A program made the translations under genes and the position numbers. Shown here in pieces: positions 40,964 through 56,760 of a DNA stretch of 64,000 nt. How positions within the stretch are numbered: position 1 is the first letter of the stretch; the number at the start of each line of letters is the position of its first letter. The DNA is from Octopus vulgaris (lineage: Eukaryota), in assembly GCA_951406725.2 (NCBI GenBank), contig OX597838.1:682001-746000 (forward strand), in the 5' to 3' direction. The notes under the pieces are model-generated. The model did not search any database, was not told where the DNA came from, and was given only the letters and a program-made list of their open reading frames with translations.

Positions 40964-41713
40964 TGTATGTATGTATGTATGTATGTATGTATGTATGTAT
41001 GTATGTATGTATGTATGTATGTATGTATGTATGTATGTATGTATTTATGTATGTATGTATGTATGTATGTATGTGTGTATGTATGTATGTATGTATGTAT
41101 GTATTTATGTATGTATGTATGTATGTATGTATGTATGTATGTATGTATGTATGTATGTATGTATGTATGTATGTATGTATGTATGTATGTATGTATGTAT
41201 GTATGTATGTATTGTATGTATGTATGTATGTATGTGTGTATGTATGTTTGTATGTATGTATGTGTATGTATGTATGTATGTATGTATTTATGTATGTATG
41301 TATGTATGTATGTATGTATGTATGTATGTATGTATGTATGTATGTATGTATGTTATGTATGTATGTATGTATGTATGTATGTATGTATGTATGTGTGTAT
41401 GTATGTATGTATGTATGTATGTATGTATGTATGTATGTATGTTTGTATGTATGTATGTATGTATGTATGTATGTATGTATGTATTTATGTATGTATGTAT
41501 GTATGTATGTATGTATGTATGTATGTATGTATGTATGTATGTATGTATGTATGTATGTATGTACGTATGTATGTATGTATGTATGTATGTATGTATGTAT
41601 GTATGTATGTATGTATGTATGTATGTATGTATGTATGTATGTATGTATGTATGTATGTATGTATGTATGTATGTATGTATGTATGTATGTATGTATGTAT
41701 GTATGTATGTATG

Positions 41714-41742
<29 letters not shown>
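40964..41742. repeat. (TATG)n microsatellite, ~780 bp, at the 3' end of an R4/Dong element
   Basis: Tetranucleotide array with recurring variants. Confidence 0.98.
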
Positions 41743-41744
<2 letters not shown>

Positions 41745-42255
41745 TGTGTGTTTCTCTTCTGTTTTTAATCATTTTAAATTCTTCCTCTGATGACAGAACT
41801 GGTTTCTAACAAAGAGACAAAGCTCCATCATTGGGATGTAGATAACGAAAACAATGTCACATTTTAAAACTGAGAAAAGTCTTGCATAGTTTTACTGTTC
41901 CGCTTACAAATTGTATTTGTAATGCGTGAGTCAATTGGTCGATTACTTTTTCTAATAACCCAAGCTTATCCAGACTGACAGGTTTCTACTTACAAAACCA
42001 ATTATTATTGGTATAAATGCGAATTTCCAATCCGGATATAGAAGCTGGAGGTTTCGAAGCAGTTATCCATAGTTATCTTCTTTCTCTTTGATGATTTTCA
42101 CGGTGTTATTCATATCAACAGGACAGCTGACCTCTATGACCGAGCATACTGTTTCTTATCTGTCCCAAATAACAATACCCGGACTGTTATGCTTACACTT
42201 GACAGATGTTTCCATGGGAATGGTCCACCCGTATTCCTTGTGCTGATATTGGTGT
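41745..42255 (-). mobile_element. R4/Dong retrotransposon 3' fragment (divergent subfamily)
   Basis: KEYGWTIPMETSVKCKHNSPGIVIWDR*ETVCSVIEVSCPVD...KEKEDNYG*LLRNLQLLYPDWKFAFIPIIIG...LQIQFVSGTVKLCKTFLSF; 3'-UTR motif ctggtttctaac..aNgctccNtcattgg shared with 20411-20446. Confidence 0.85.
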
Positions 42256-42922
42256 ATGTGATGTAGCAGTTACTAGTCCAAGAGAGGTTCTACTTCATGT
42301 CAATGTTACTATCTTCTTCAAGTCTTTGAGAAACATACCCATGCATGGTCTTTTGGCGGGTATCCGGAGCATTTCACCTCTAGGTCTTCTTTGACAAGGT
42401 CTTCTAGTCCGGTTGATTTGGGGTTCTATGGAAGGTAATCAGGAAAGAGTGTTCGTGAGGAGCTCACTTCCAACATGTAGGATATTGTTTTCTTTCCTTT
42501 TTAGCATGAAGCTAATGCTAAAGTTTTATGATCCCTCTGTGGTCAACTACACTCTTTGGTCATTGTGTGGACGGAAGAGCAAAGAAGTCGTTCAAAGATC
42601 AACCGAAGACTACTTTGGAGACGAATAACATGAATATGTCTTCAAGAATACAAAACATCATTCCCAATTAATCAGTTCACTTTGGTGTTTAATCTCGAAG
42701 CAGGATTAAAGCCATGGTGGTGGGGAGAGGGAAACATATTCAGTTAACAGAAGAGAGAACAGAGACACGCAGATTAATGGCTGGCCTCCCCCGCCAACCA
42801 AACATTCTCATAAGCTGTCAACAACTTAAGTTAAACATCAACGAATTGGGACACAAAGGTTTGGTGGTCGGCACTGAGTTCCATGGACAACCATAAGAAG
42901 TTGAGCATCGCATCATTGGCTG

Positions 42923-42956
<34 letters not shown>

Positions 42957-43668
42957 AAATACAAAAGACAAGAGGAAATTAAAAAAACATAAGGTCGATA
43001 CTCGTCTCTGCTTCCTCGCTGTGAGTACACATGCACATATCTACACATACATACATACATATATGCATATGTACACGTATATATATACACACACACATAT
43101 ATATATATAATGCATATATATGTCTATGTGTATATGTACATATGTGTGTGTGTGCAAGTATTAAAACCCTGTATTTCCGGTAGTGATATCCCTTCTTTCT
43201 CTTTATAGTCTTCCAGCTTTCTTGCCATCCTCCCCCGGTGAAAATATCGCGGCTAGTCACGTGATATACGACTAGACCAATGGCTGTTTAAACAACCAGC
43301 TCTCCCTCCCACGTACAAAGCAGGGTTTAGCTTTACATAACAAAAACAAAGTTAGTTTCGTAGCAACTAAAAAATTTCTGTTCAGTTTTTAAGAACTGGG
43401 ACAATTTAACTCTTTGTGCTTTATCTGTAGTGGTGGTGGTGGTGGTGGTGGTGGTGGTTGTGCATATAGCGTGCGTAGGAGAGATGTAGGGTGAACGATA
43501 AAGAATAATACGGATCAGGAGTAACCAGGAACGTGGAGAGAAGCCACTGTGTATAGCAAACACACACACAGGCTTGTCTTGCACACACTGACACACACAC
43601 ACAAACACACACGATCTCTTTCATACACACTCACACACACACACAGGCTCACACATTCTCAGTCTTAC

Positions 43669-43708
<40 letters not shown>

Positions 43709-43964
43709 TCGCATGCATAGATAGAATCCCAATATAATTAAGTGTTGTAAGGGGAATGGGAAGTCTTGGAGACTTCCTGAAGACGTTTCAAAGACAGCCA
43801 ACTGGCGCTCGATCCAGGCTGGGGACCGGTGTGAGGGAGAGTTTCAATCGGATATCGAAACCGGTTTGAGGATTCTCTTCACTGTCAGACATCAATCATT
43901 TCGTGTCTCATAGCAAATAATTAAAAAAAGAAACTACACACACACACGCGCACACACACACACA

Positions 43965-44003
<39 letters not shown>

Positions 44004-44006
44004 ACA

Positions 44007-44051
<45 letters not shown>

Positions 44052-44172
44052 GCACGCACGCACGCACATCCATATTTGTAAATTCACATATACATGCATG
44101 CATATATATAAAAGTATGTCGCTATCTATCTATCTCTCTCACTCTCTTTCTCATTCTTTCTTTCTCTCACTC

Positions 44173-44264
<92 letters not shown>

Positions 44265-44640
44265 TATACTAAAAGACAGGCGTGGTTGTCCTTAAAATAT
44301 ATCCAAGTGCTATAAGCAGGTGCAAATATGTAAGCTACTGACGTTTTACCTATAGATCCTTCTTTGACAAAAGATCTGTTGACCAAAACGTCTGTTGACC
44401 AAAATAGCTATATAGAGTATTTGGTGTCTTTGCCCTTCTTTAATCTCATGACAGGTTGGTTTTAGTAACTTTGCAGTTGCTCTTGGCACAAGAAGTTTAA
44501 CTCAATTGTGTTTCATTACTGGCTTAATGGATGTGTTTGTCTTTGAATGGCTTTAAATCTGCCATCTTCACACACTAATACACCACCACCACCACCACCA
44601 CCACCACCACTACTTCTACTACTCAAACTAATAATAGTAA

Positions 44641-44850
44641 CCCTTTCTGCTAAAAGCGCAAAGCCTGAACTTTTAGAGGTAAGGCATAGTCGATTACATC
44701 GACCCTCACTACTTGACCGTTGCTTATTTTATCAACGTCAAAGGGACGAAAGGGAGGTCGACCTCGGCGGAATTTGAACTCACAACGCAAAGACGAAATT
44801 CCGCTAAGCTTTTTGCCCCGTGTGCCAGCGATTCTGCCAGCTCGACACCC
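44641..44850 (-). mobile_element. SINE family B
   Basis: gtcgacctcggcggaatttgaactcacaacg...cgattctgccagctcg; homologous to 32200-32407. Confidence 0.8.
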
Positions 44851-45021
44851 TCACAACAACAACAATCATGATGATGATGATAATAATAATGAATAGTTGT
44901 TGATTAAGTTTATATGAAATGAAGTTGTTAATTAGATAAATTAATTAGTTAAGTGAGGAGGGGGAAGATGGAAATGAATGCGTTTAGAATAGGAGGGAGA
45001 TGGAGTACATGTGGAAATGTA

Positions 45022-45062
<41 letters not shown>

Positions 45063-45330
45063 GTGTATGGATGGATGGATGGATTTATGTAAACATGTTT
45101 GTGTGTGTCAGAGAGTAAGAGTGTCGCCGAAGTGTATTCGTCTGTGTTCGTGTTTTGCATGCTTGTGTGAGCATGCGTCTGCATGTGTATGTATGCATGC
45201 TTGTGTGTATGCATGTGTGGATGCAGGTGTATGTGTGTGTCAGAGAGTGATAGAGAGAGGAGGGATTATATGTGTGCGTAATTGCGTGTCAGAAAGAGTG
45301 AGAGAGGTGGGAGTGTAGGTGTGTGCGCGC

Positions 45331-45392
<62 letters not shown>

Positions 45393-45680
45393 CTGTTGAT
45401 ATTTACCCAAATGCCAAAGCGAGATTAAACTGTTATAGAAGATGGCTAAAACTGAATATTTGCCGAGTTTAGACACAGTTTATAATAATGGACGGTTTGG
45501 GGGCGGGGGGGGGGTCACTATAACAACAACAACAGCAACATCAACACTCATATTGTAAATAAGCTAAACCCAGATGGCTGGTCTTAGTAAGACCACAAAT
45601 TCATTTGCTCACAGAGACTGCTCCACCCTCCACAACACACACACACACGATTACCTATATTTTATCTCTGTCCATCACTC

Positions 45681-45727
<47 letters not shown>

Positions 45728-46150
45728 TTTTTCTCTCTCTCTCTCTCTCTTCCTCTGTCTTTCAAACACCATTATCATTATCACCATCACCTTCATCGCT
45801 ACCACCACCCTCAAAACAATCATCATCAAAACTGCTACCACCACAAACACTGTCACCATCACCATCACCATCACCACCACCACCACCACCACCACCGCCA
45901 GCTTATACATAAGGTATAAAGCTCACACTATGAGAACACAAAAGATGGCATTTACTTATAGTAATCCCAATATTGCTGATGTTGGTCTTGCATAGGAAGA
46001 CACACAGACAGACACTGTCTAACGGACACACACACACACTCACTCAGCCACACCACGAACACACATCACTGCGCGACACAAAGACACGACATATAGACAT
46101 TCAATAAATACGCACCATACTCCTGCATACACCACACACACACACACTCG

Positions 46151-46232
<82 letters not shown>

Positions 46233-46276
46233 AGAGAGAGAGAGAGAAACAGACAGACAATCAGACAGACAGACAG

Positions 46277-46331
<55 letters not shown>

Positions 46332-46390
46332 TAGAGAGATAAATAGATAGATTGATGGATTGATAGATAGAGATAGACACTAACATGTAC

Positions 46391-46486
<96 letters not shown>

Positions 46487-46489
<3 letters not shown>

Positions 46490-46677
46490 ATTATATAGAA
46501 GGAGCTTCTACAGGACTAGAACTGTTTCATTCAAGAGAAATCTTCAGTCCTGAAGATTTCTCTTGAATGAAACAATTCTAGTCCTGTAGAAGCTCCTTCT
46601 ATATAATAAATTAATTTTACTCTGCTATGTATTGAGTACCTTATTTACTGTGGTTAACCCCGAATCAACCCGGGACC

Positions 46678-46680
<3 letters not shown>
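46487..46680. mobile_element. HHR hairpin element (family H5): 61-bp arms, 2-nt loop, unique tail, in (TA)n
   Basis: 46487-46547 is the reverse complement of 46550-46610 with 1 mismatch. Each arm holds CTGAAGA-t-ttc(tctt)gaa-t-GAAAC...GTC. Tail ttactct...gtattgagtac resembles 24482-24508. Confidence 0.8.
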
Positions 46681-46715
<35 letters not shown>

Positions 46716-47250
46716 TACATTAGTTGTACATATATATATGTACATTAGTTGTAGTATTGAACCAAAAAAAGAATCTCCTCATCTGAAAGCAATCACAGCG
46801 ATGCCCGACAGTTTCCCTGCGCAGAAGCAACACGTTCGTCGTCAGGCTGTCACATTGTTTTTAAAGTCTACTCAAGCGAAAAGTGAGGCCCCTACTCCCA
46901 CCCACACATAGTAACTTCCACTGGGATTTTTGAGAACAAATCAAACACATGCACACTCATACACTCGCACATACATATACACGCACACACACATATTGTT
47001 GAGAAACGATCTGCAGAAGTACGCAATACAAATGTTAAGTGCAGTAACTTATCTTGGCCGGTGCATTGGCCTGTTATATTAGATACATATGTAGAAAAGT
47101 TGGTAACACACACAAACACACACACACGTACGCAAGAAGTTTTCCCTACTGCCGAGATATTAACGACAGAAAACTGGGGGTTAATTTAGTCCGTAAGTTT
47201 TGGTCGCAAACAAGACACAAGATTGTGCTTATATGTCTCTCTCTTGCTCT

Positions 47251-47296
<46 letters not shown>

Positions 47297-47347
47297 GCAG
47301 TTGTGTATGTTTGTGTATGTGTGTGCATATATATATATATATGTGTG

Positions 47348-47403
<56 letters not shown>

Positions 47404-48151
47404 GCATATAAATACAAACACTCACACACACGATGCTAAATACGACATTTCTGACCAATTTGGTGCCGCCATAACAAATTTACATATTTTTATCCGACAA
47501 CCGCCATTATTAACATGGCTGACAGCAGTAATGTCACTCTGACATTAATTAGCAGAGAAGTTGGGTTAAGGATGTTTGTGTGTGTATGTTTTTGTTTTTA
47601 TGTGTTTTTTCATTTGTGTATGCGTGTGTGTGCATGGATGAGTGTGTGATATACACAAATGTATCTTGTATATGTGATGTGTGTGTGTGTACATCTATTT
47701 GTATACGTCGTGTGTTTGTGTATGTATATGATCTTTTGTATATAAAGTAGTTTTTAAGTGTTTGTGAAAACATCTGAGGTGTGTGTGTGTGCGAGTGCGT
47801 GTGTGTGTGTGTGTGTGTGTGAGTGTGTGTGTGTGTGAGTGTGTGTGTGTGTGTGTGCGAGTGTGTGCGAGTGTGTGTGTGTGTGTGAGTGTGTGTGTGT
47901 GTACGTTCGTATGTATGCTGTTTGTTAACTTCTGAACATGTTGCTGTGTGTCTCTGTAGTTTGCACGTATGTATATATTTGTGTGTGTATACTTGTATTT
48001 GTATATGCATGCACGTGTGTGTGTGTAAGTGTGTGGGTGTGTGTGTTTGTGTATATATTTGTATATACATGGATAACGACCATGTACAAATAATATGTGT
48101 ATATAATTGCGTAGATATTTGTGTGCGGATAAGGACGATTATGTATGTGTT

Positions 48152-48193
<42 letters not shown>

Positions 48194-48414
48194 AGAGAGA
48201 GAGAGAGGGGGTATCAAGGTCAATGCTTGCCGAGCAAATGTGGAGTGGGTTGAAGATGGAGTCTGGTTTAGAGACTTGCTGGAGAAATATCTCATCTAAA
48301 GGAAGAAATGTGATTGTTGATGTTTAGCCCAAGGTCAGGTTCAATCAAACAGGCCTATGACCGAACCAATATTTCAGCCATAACCCTCCCGTTTCTTTAG
48401 TCTGTTTATTTATA

Positions 48415-48500
<86 letters not shown>

Positions 48501-48709
48501 TATTTTGTTTTCCATATGAAGAATATCCATGTCTTTCTTCTTAAGATGATTCAATGTGATTTGAGGGATATTTGGCTGTTATTGCTAACAGTTCAAATGA
48601 CCACGTAAGGATTCCTTCGTTGACTAAAACCACGCAACATGTTGCTCATGCCACTCCACCGTTGGGGCTATGACAATATTGACAAATCCTCTTTGTAAAA
48701 GGAAACAAT

Positions 48710-48921
48710 CAGTGGTTCTCGATCCCTTTTTTCACTAATGGACCCCTTTGATCCCTATTGACCTTTTTGATCCCTATTTTACACGGATGGACCCTCATAG
48801 CCATTCGATACTTTAAAAAAAAATCTTAAGATACTTTAATAATTAAATGTGATTAAGAATTGTCTAAAAGAAATTAAAATCGTTTTGTGTATTACAGAAT
48901 TTTAAGGAATTTATTGCACAT
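48710..48921 (+). mobile_element. hAT/Charlie-like non-autonomous DNA transposon end
   Basis: Begins cagtggttctc (Charlie-type TIR) followed by repeated atggaccc/tttgatccctatt subterminal motifs; partner TIR not found. Confidence 0.45.
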
Positions 48922-49147
48922 TGTCGTGGAGTGAACTGACGACCCCGCACGTGACTGTCTGTGGACTGGACGAGTCTTATAAAAAGCTGAGACAGCAGAG
49001 AGTTGAGGTCGAACTGTGAGAGTCTTGTTATGGAGTCTGCGTTGGAGTATTCGAGTGTTATTGCGTGAACGGTTAAAATAAGATGACCAACACTTGTTAC
49101 ATTGCTTATTGTTATACGGTTATACTTGGTGGTGGTATATTGTTACA
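48922..49147 (+). mobile_element. Probable solo LTR
   Basis: TGT...ACA termini, internal TATA-like tataaaaag (48978), imperfect 5-bp flanks cacat/cacac. Confidence 0.45.
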
Positions 49148-49190
49148 CACACGCTCACACATCATATATCATCACTGACAATACAACATA

Positions 49191-49247
<57 letters not shown>

Positions 49248-49248
49248 A

Positions 49249-49719
<471 letters not shown>

Positions 49720-49720
49720 A

Positions 49721-50057
49721 AAAGAGATAAGAAAGCCAAGGCTGTGAGTTTTCAGGACAGTTATAAGGCAAGAGATATAGATATGGTCTTACAGCTTTTG
49801 GTGATATTATGGATATAATATCAGATACGATATGAGATACGATATGAGATGGTTAAATATAAGTGAGTAAATGTCCTTATAAACGTCCTGAAAACTCCTC
49901 ACAGCCTTGGCCTTGTTATCTCTTTCAGTTTAATATATGCTAATACAAGTCCCACATTAAACTCATCACTCTCGAACCAAGTGTTTAACTACGGTCTGTC
50001 CATAGCACTTGGTGTCACCTGCCACTCTTTGGCTCTTCTAGATAGCAATACCTTTTA
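49721..50057. mobile_element. Fold-back element in (TA)n with ~50-bp inverted arms and a decayed HHR 3' half
   Basis: Arms 49721-49768 and 49875-49925; internal cttacagctttt plus hairpin tgatattat(ggat)ataatatca at 49788-49823. Confidence 0.7.
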
Positions 50058-50143
50058 TACCCTCACTATATATATATAGGTATGTATGAGTGAGTTCGTG
50101 TTTTCAGATATACATGTATATATATATGTTATATATATATATG

Positions 50144-50185
<42 letters not shown>

Positions 50186-51500
50186 GTGTGTCCTTGTATG
50201 TGTGTTTGTGTGTATATGTAAAAACTGTTTTGATAGCACGAGAGAGAGGGTTAGCTAGTCCACTGCTGTAAATATCTGTATTTGAACCAAGATGCCGGAG
50301 TGAGTTCATCTCTGACGGCCAACGACTTCCTAAATCGTAACAACTGTAACATCTTAAGCAGGAAGGCCATAAAGTGTAGGTGTGAGCTGATGATATTATC
50401 TGCCTCACCTTAACACACGCACACACACACACACACACGCTCACATACACACACACATATGCACACACATCATTAGACAGAAACCTATGTAAATCACGTC
50501 TCACAATCTCCTGATATGTTAAGTAAGGAAGAGAGAGATAGAGAGCGAGAGATAAAGAAGAGAAGGAGAGAGAGAGACTGACCGTTGTATAAGGGTTTTG
50601 TATAGTGCCTTGGTATCTGGGATGGTTGTTGCAGAAGGGTGATTAAGATATTCAATAAATAGGTTAGAGGAAGTTGGATTAACATCAAAGATAGTCTGAT
50701 TAAAGAAAGGAAGGAGAAAGAGACAGACAGACAGACAAACAGAACGGGGCAGACAGAGACCGAGAGAGAAAGAGACAGATTATTCTGTGAGTATTGATGT
50801 CTCTTTCAAAATACTCTTTAAAAATACCTTTAATATGAATGAAACAGTGGGGTAGGATAGATCTGTAAATACTTGAAAGACGTTTCTATCTTTAATACAA
50901 TATTTGGGTTTTTTTAAAATTCTTCCAATCACTTTAAGTTTTTCAAATTTTCACCAGATTTTTCCCCCAAAACATTTGTATTTCCGATGTATCTTTACAT
51001 GCTGATGACGAAAACCAAATTTCTTTCCAAACATTAATAATAAAATAATTAAAAGCATTTAAAACTCTGTAATTTTAGCCAAACGGATGCCTCATTGCCA
51101 ACATACCGGAAGCCGCACTACCAGTTTCCATGGAAACCTGCTGTGAGCATAATGCCACAACATGGCTGTATGAAATGGCGCTGTGGCAAAAGAAAACGGT
51201 GATAGTGCGTGTGGGAGGTGGTGGGGTGGGGTAGAGATCAGTGACAATTAAGTTTTAAAGACAGAAGTGGCAACACTTAGGTTCTAATAAGGTTCTTCAA
51301 TAAATGAAGGACGACGTCTCTCAAGTTGTTGAACATTTAAAGACGCTGATGTGGTTCTTGATAAGGATGAGTTAATGGTTCCCAGGCTCAGCTTCGGCTG
51401 ATGCTGAGGAAACTGTCGTTCTGAGGGAATGACTGAAGATACAGAAGGAAATTGGGTTGGATAGGGATGGACAGACGGTAAAAATATCGTCGTTTCTGGA

Positions 51501-52347
<847 letters not shown>

Positions 52348-52355
52348 TGATATAC

Positions 52356-52395
<40 letters not shown>

Positions 52396-53115
52396 ATCGG
52401 TAATTATTTTATCGACTTTGAAAGGACAAAAGTTCAAAGTCAACTTCGGTGGAATTTGAATTCAGAACGTAAAGAGTCGGAAGAAATGGCGCTACGCATT
52501 TTGTCCGGTATGCTATAACGATTCTGTCAAACAGTAATAATGGTCTTCATTAAACAGCAGCATTTAGCCAAAACATGGAGAACGATACAAGAAGATACCA
52601 GAAGATATGGCGTAGAATTACTTAAAAACGCGAAAAACAACAAAAACAGCAACAACCATAGTATAATAATACCTGAAATGATAGGAGTTTTTCTTTACCA
52701 TTTTTATCTCACCCACGTCATCTGTCTTGTCTTTCTTTACCCGTACACACCACCACCACCCACCACCGCCACACATAACCTTCTTCTTCATCATCATCAT
52801 CATCATCATCATTATCATCATCATCATCATCATCATCTTCTTCTTCTTCTTCCTCTTTTTCATTTACTTCCTTGTTTTACCATTTAAAGACCTTATTGTT
52901 TCCACATCCACACTCTTCCTTTCCCTCTCTCATTCTCTCTCTCTCTCTCTCTTTCACAGTGTCTGTCTCTATCTTTCTCCTTTTCCTCCCCACCCAGTAA
53001 CCTAACCAGGTCACATCCGGCGGAAGGTCACCCAACACATTAAGCTTCCATTGTTGCCAGTTTTAAAATCTTGTTACATCATGGAACTGATGTAGGCGCG
53101 ATTAATTGTGTGTGC

Positions 53116-53147
<32 letters not shown>

Positions 53148-53943
53148 ATGTGTGTGTGTGTGTGGGGGGGTGTTTGTGTATGTGTGTGTGTGTATGTGTC
53201 TGTGAGTGTACATATTTGTTCTTTACATATATACACACATACACATAAGTATATACAGACACACACCTAGTCAACCACACACACGTATTTATACACGCAC
53301 ACATGTCTATGCATATCTACATACAAAGCACACGTGCGTCTGTGTATGTATGTTTGAGTGTTGACGTATGTCTGCATGTTATCAAATGAATGCTTTTTAT
53401 ATGTGTAGATACTTGTGTGGATGTATATATATATATGTATATATGTAAATATATGTATGTGTATTTGTATATATGCACATGTATATATATATATATGTAT
53501 ATACATATATATATATATATATATTTGTAAGTATATGTATATTTGTGTATGTGTGTGTGTATGTACTTATGCTTATTCATGTGTATGTGCGCGTGTGTTG
53601 AGTGAAACTGTGTATCTATCAAAATGTGTGTGTTAGGGTTTCCGGGTTGAATTCTGACACAAGAGTGGAAACGCCCTTAATGCAGGGGTATTTTAATGAA
53701 AGTGTAATTGAGATAGTTACCCTGGCATTCAGGGTTCGATTCCAAATCAGAATTTTTCTTACTCATCTCTTATTTGCTTTCTGTTAATTGTGTCCGATGT
53801 TTCCATTTTACATTTTTCGTTTCTTAGAAACACTTCAATACAAACAAATCATCTCGAAATTTTAACAAGAATAACGTGTGTATGTGTGTGTGTCCGTGCG
53901 TGTGTGTCCGTGCACGTGTGTGTGTGTGTGTGTGTGTTCGTGG

Positions 53944-53995
<52 letters not shown>

Positions 53996-54379
53996 GTGCG
54001 TGTGTGCGATTGTACTGAGAGTCACTGTTGCCGCTTACCTGACATCGGTTGTAGCCCCAATTAATTGTTAGTTATTTGTGGAACACTCTAAGGTAACAAG
54101 TGCCTAATTACCTCACAGCCACACATACACACACACGCACGCACACGCACACGCACGCACACATACACATACATACACACGAAAGCACACACATACACAC
54201 ACACAAACCTATAAGTGTTATATGTGCGCGCGCGCTTGTGTTTGCGTGCACATCTGCTTTCTCATTTCACTCTGAGCTGTTTAGTACTAAATGCAATGAA
54301 GTTATCGATACCAGGTGATATTCTATCAACGTACACATTCTTCATAGATTAAATGTTTCGTGTGAAGAATCAAAAGCGT

Positions 54380-54453
<74 letters not shown>

Positions 54454-54783
54454 ACGTAGTACGTGCGCGAGCGTGTCTCGTCTGAGTCGAAAGAACAGGT
54501 TTCTTGTTCGTTCTCAGCTATATTTTATAGTCGTCTTGTGTTATATGGCTCCAATAATGACTATCAACACTGCAACAGAGTGGTCCCATTAAAAAGTGCA
54601 TAAAACAACAATAAATTTTAGTTGACGGCTGATGAAGGTCTTTTCTTTGTTTGCATCTTATTTTATTGTCCTGATACATACAAACATGCATTCATGCATA
54701 TATATTTATATTGTGTATGTGTTTGTATGTGTGTGTACGGACTGGCTTGTATGTATGTATATATATATGCTTAAATACTTACG

Positions 54784-54861
<78 letters not shown>

Positions 54862-54994
54862 ATATATATAGTATGGGTGTGTGGGGGTGTGGGGGTGGGG
54901 TGTGTGGGGGTGCATGTGTGTGAGTTTGTGTGCATGAGCTTCATATATAAACATTTATATGAATATGTGTATAAACCTGGATCACTGTTTCGAA

Positions 54995-55310
54995 TTGATT
55001 ATCAGATGTTGTTAAACATCGCTGGTCACAATGCGCTTGCAATCCTTCCTTGATTTCGCTATTCATTTCCATCTTCACCCAGAACGTTTAACTTCTAAAT
55101 CATTTTCCTTTCCGTGTGGAGGCTTGCAGCATTTGCACGGGTCCATCTCATATCAGTCGACCGTGCAACGAGTCCGGCCCAACCCCTTCGGTATTTTCAC
55201 GTCGTTCACTTCGCACTATTCACGAATTACTTCACTTTGCCCATCCTCTCTCAAGAATATCCGTAGCATGGATCCTTCCATGGTCTTTGGGCCTTAAGCA
55301 ATCGCTGATT
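54995..55310 (-). mobile_element. RTE-1-like LINE 3' end, decayed
   Basis: Across frameshifts: QRLLKAQR/MEGSMLRIFLRE/SEVIRE/WAGLVARSTDMRWTR, resembling the RTE QRAMER...WAGHVAR..D.RWT motif. Confidence 0.72.
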
Positions 55311-55848
55311 ACATATATATATATGCATATATATATATGCGTGTGTGTGCGTGTGTGTGGATGTGTATACATATATATGTAAATACACACATTTGCATAT
55401 ATGCAAATATATATGTATGTTCATACACACACACACATACATATGTACATATACATATATATATATGTATGCGTGTCTGTGTATAAATGTATACGCATAC
55501 ATACACGCATACAGGTGTGCGCACGCACACATATATATGGCTGTCACCATAACGACACTGCTGATCGTGCCACTGTGACGTCATGTCGGGTATATAGAAC
55601 AGATGACACTAAGTGGTGGCCAGTAATGGAGAGATTGTGGCAGCTAATTGCTGCGCAACATATATTTCAACATCAAATACTGAGAAACACATATGTATAC
55701 ACACACTCACACACATATATATACATATGTATATATATATATATTTACATATATATATATATATATATATATACGCACATACACACACATAAATATCTAT
55801 ATACATACATATGTACATATATATTTATTTATATGTCTATATATATAC

Positions 55849-55899
<51 letters not shown>

Positions 55900-56288
55900 C
55901 ACACACACCCATGTACATACGCATACACACGCACACATGCACGCATTCGTACACTGGCTATCAAGCGAACAAACCCTTAAATTGCGCACACTTTACTGTT
56001 TCAAATACATACACGCACACACATATCTGTCTATTTCCTTATGTATCTGTCTGTCTGTCTATCTATTTAACCATCTATCTATTTCCATATAGTATATTTA
56101 TGTATGCATGTATGTACGTATGCATATATGTATGTATGTATGTATGTATTGCTTAGGCATTGCCAGACCAATAACCCGGTGTAGACGTCAGTACACGTAT
56201 GTTTCAGAACGAAGTGTTGGCTGAGTACGGAGAGGTAGTAAGAAAACGAGATGACAAAGGGATAAAGGATTATCTTATGAACTTCATT

Positions 56289-56350
56289 AGCTTACAGCTG
56301 TTTCTGCTATTAGTTGCAGTGGGCTCATAGTTGAGTGCTTCATCAGAGCC
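56289..56350 (-). ncRNA. Type I hammerhead ribozyme, canonical CUGAUGA core
   Basis: Minus strand: ggct-CTGATGA-A-gc...gc-A-GAAAC-agct-GTA-agct. Helix I ggct/agct, palindromic helix III ACAGCTGT. Confidence 0.68.
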
Positions 56351-56481
56351 TCGAATATGAAGTGCTATTAGACAGTTTTCACCTGATGTATACAGTGACA
56401 ATTCTAATTCTCCTTTTTGGTGAAACATTGCAACCTGCAGTTTACTTAAATTTTGTATATTATGTGTGTGTATGTGTATAA

Positions 56482-56760
56482 AATAAGAGAAGAAAACAGA
56501 AAGGTAACTAATAAATTATTATTTATTAATTAGCGGTTAGCAGCCGTTTACTCAGCATGCAGGACTTGAACACCTATTTTGTATATCTTAAACTACCTCT
56601 GACGAGATTCGACTTTCAAATAATTTAAAATTTTTAAAATTAATTTTCTGAAAGTCTGAAATTGAAACAGCTGTAAGAGATGGCTGTCAAATTTTTAAGT
56701 AATAAATAATAATTTATTAATTGCCTCTCTGTTTTCTTATCTTATTATAATAAATCAATA
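56482..56760 (+). mobile_element. Fold-back HHR element (family H6)
   Basis: Inverted arms 56482-56528 and 56700-56746 enclose an HHR. Confidence 0.75.
56595..56680 (+). ncRNA. Type I hammerhead ribozyme with long AT-rich helix II
   Basis: ct-CTGACGA-gattc-gactttca...tgaaagtc-t-gaaatt-GAAAC-agct-GTA-ag. Canonical core, 8-bp perfect segment in helix II, short helix I. Confidence 0.68.

Noticed and set aside
40928-41809. 257-293-aa MYVC-repeat ORFs in three frames
   Set aside because: Stop-free (TATG)n microsatellite.
43775-43872. CTGAAGA...GAAACCGGTT hammerhead-like string
   Set aside because: No helix I complementarity and no convincing helix II closure.
44365-44404. Short 15-bp tandem (tctgttgaccaaaa) considered as CRISPR-like or subterminal repeats
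   Set aside because: Only 2-3 units, no spacers, eukaryotic context; at most a transposon remnant.
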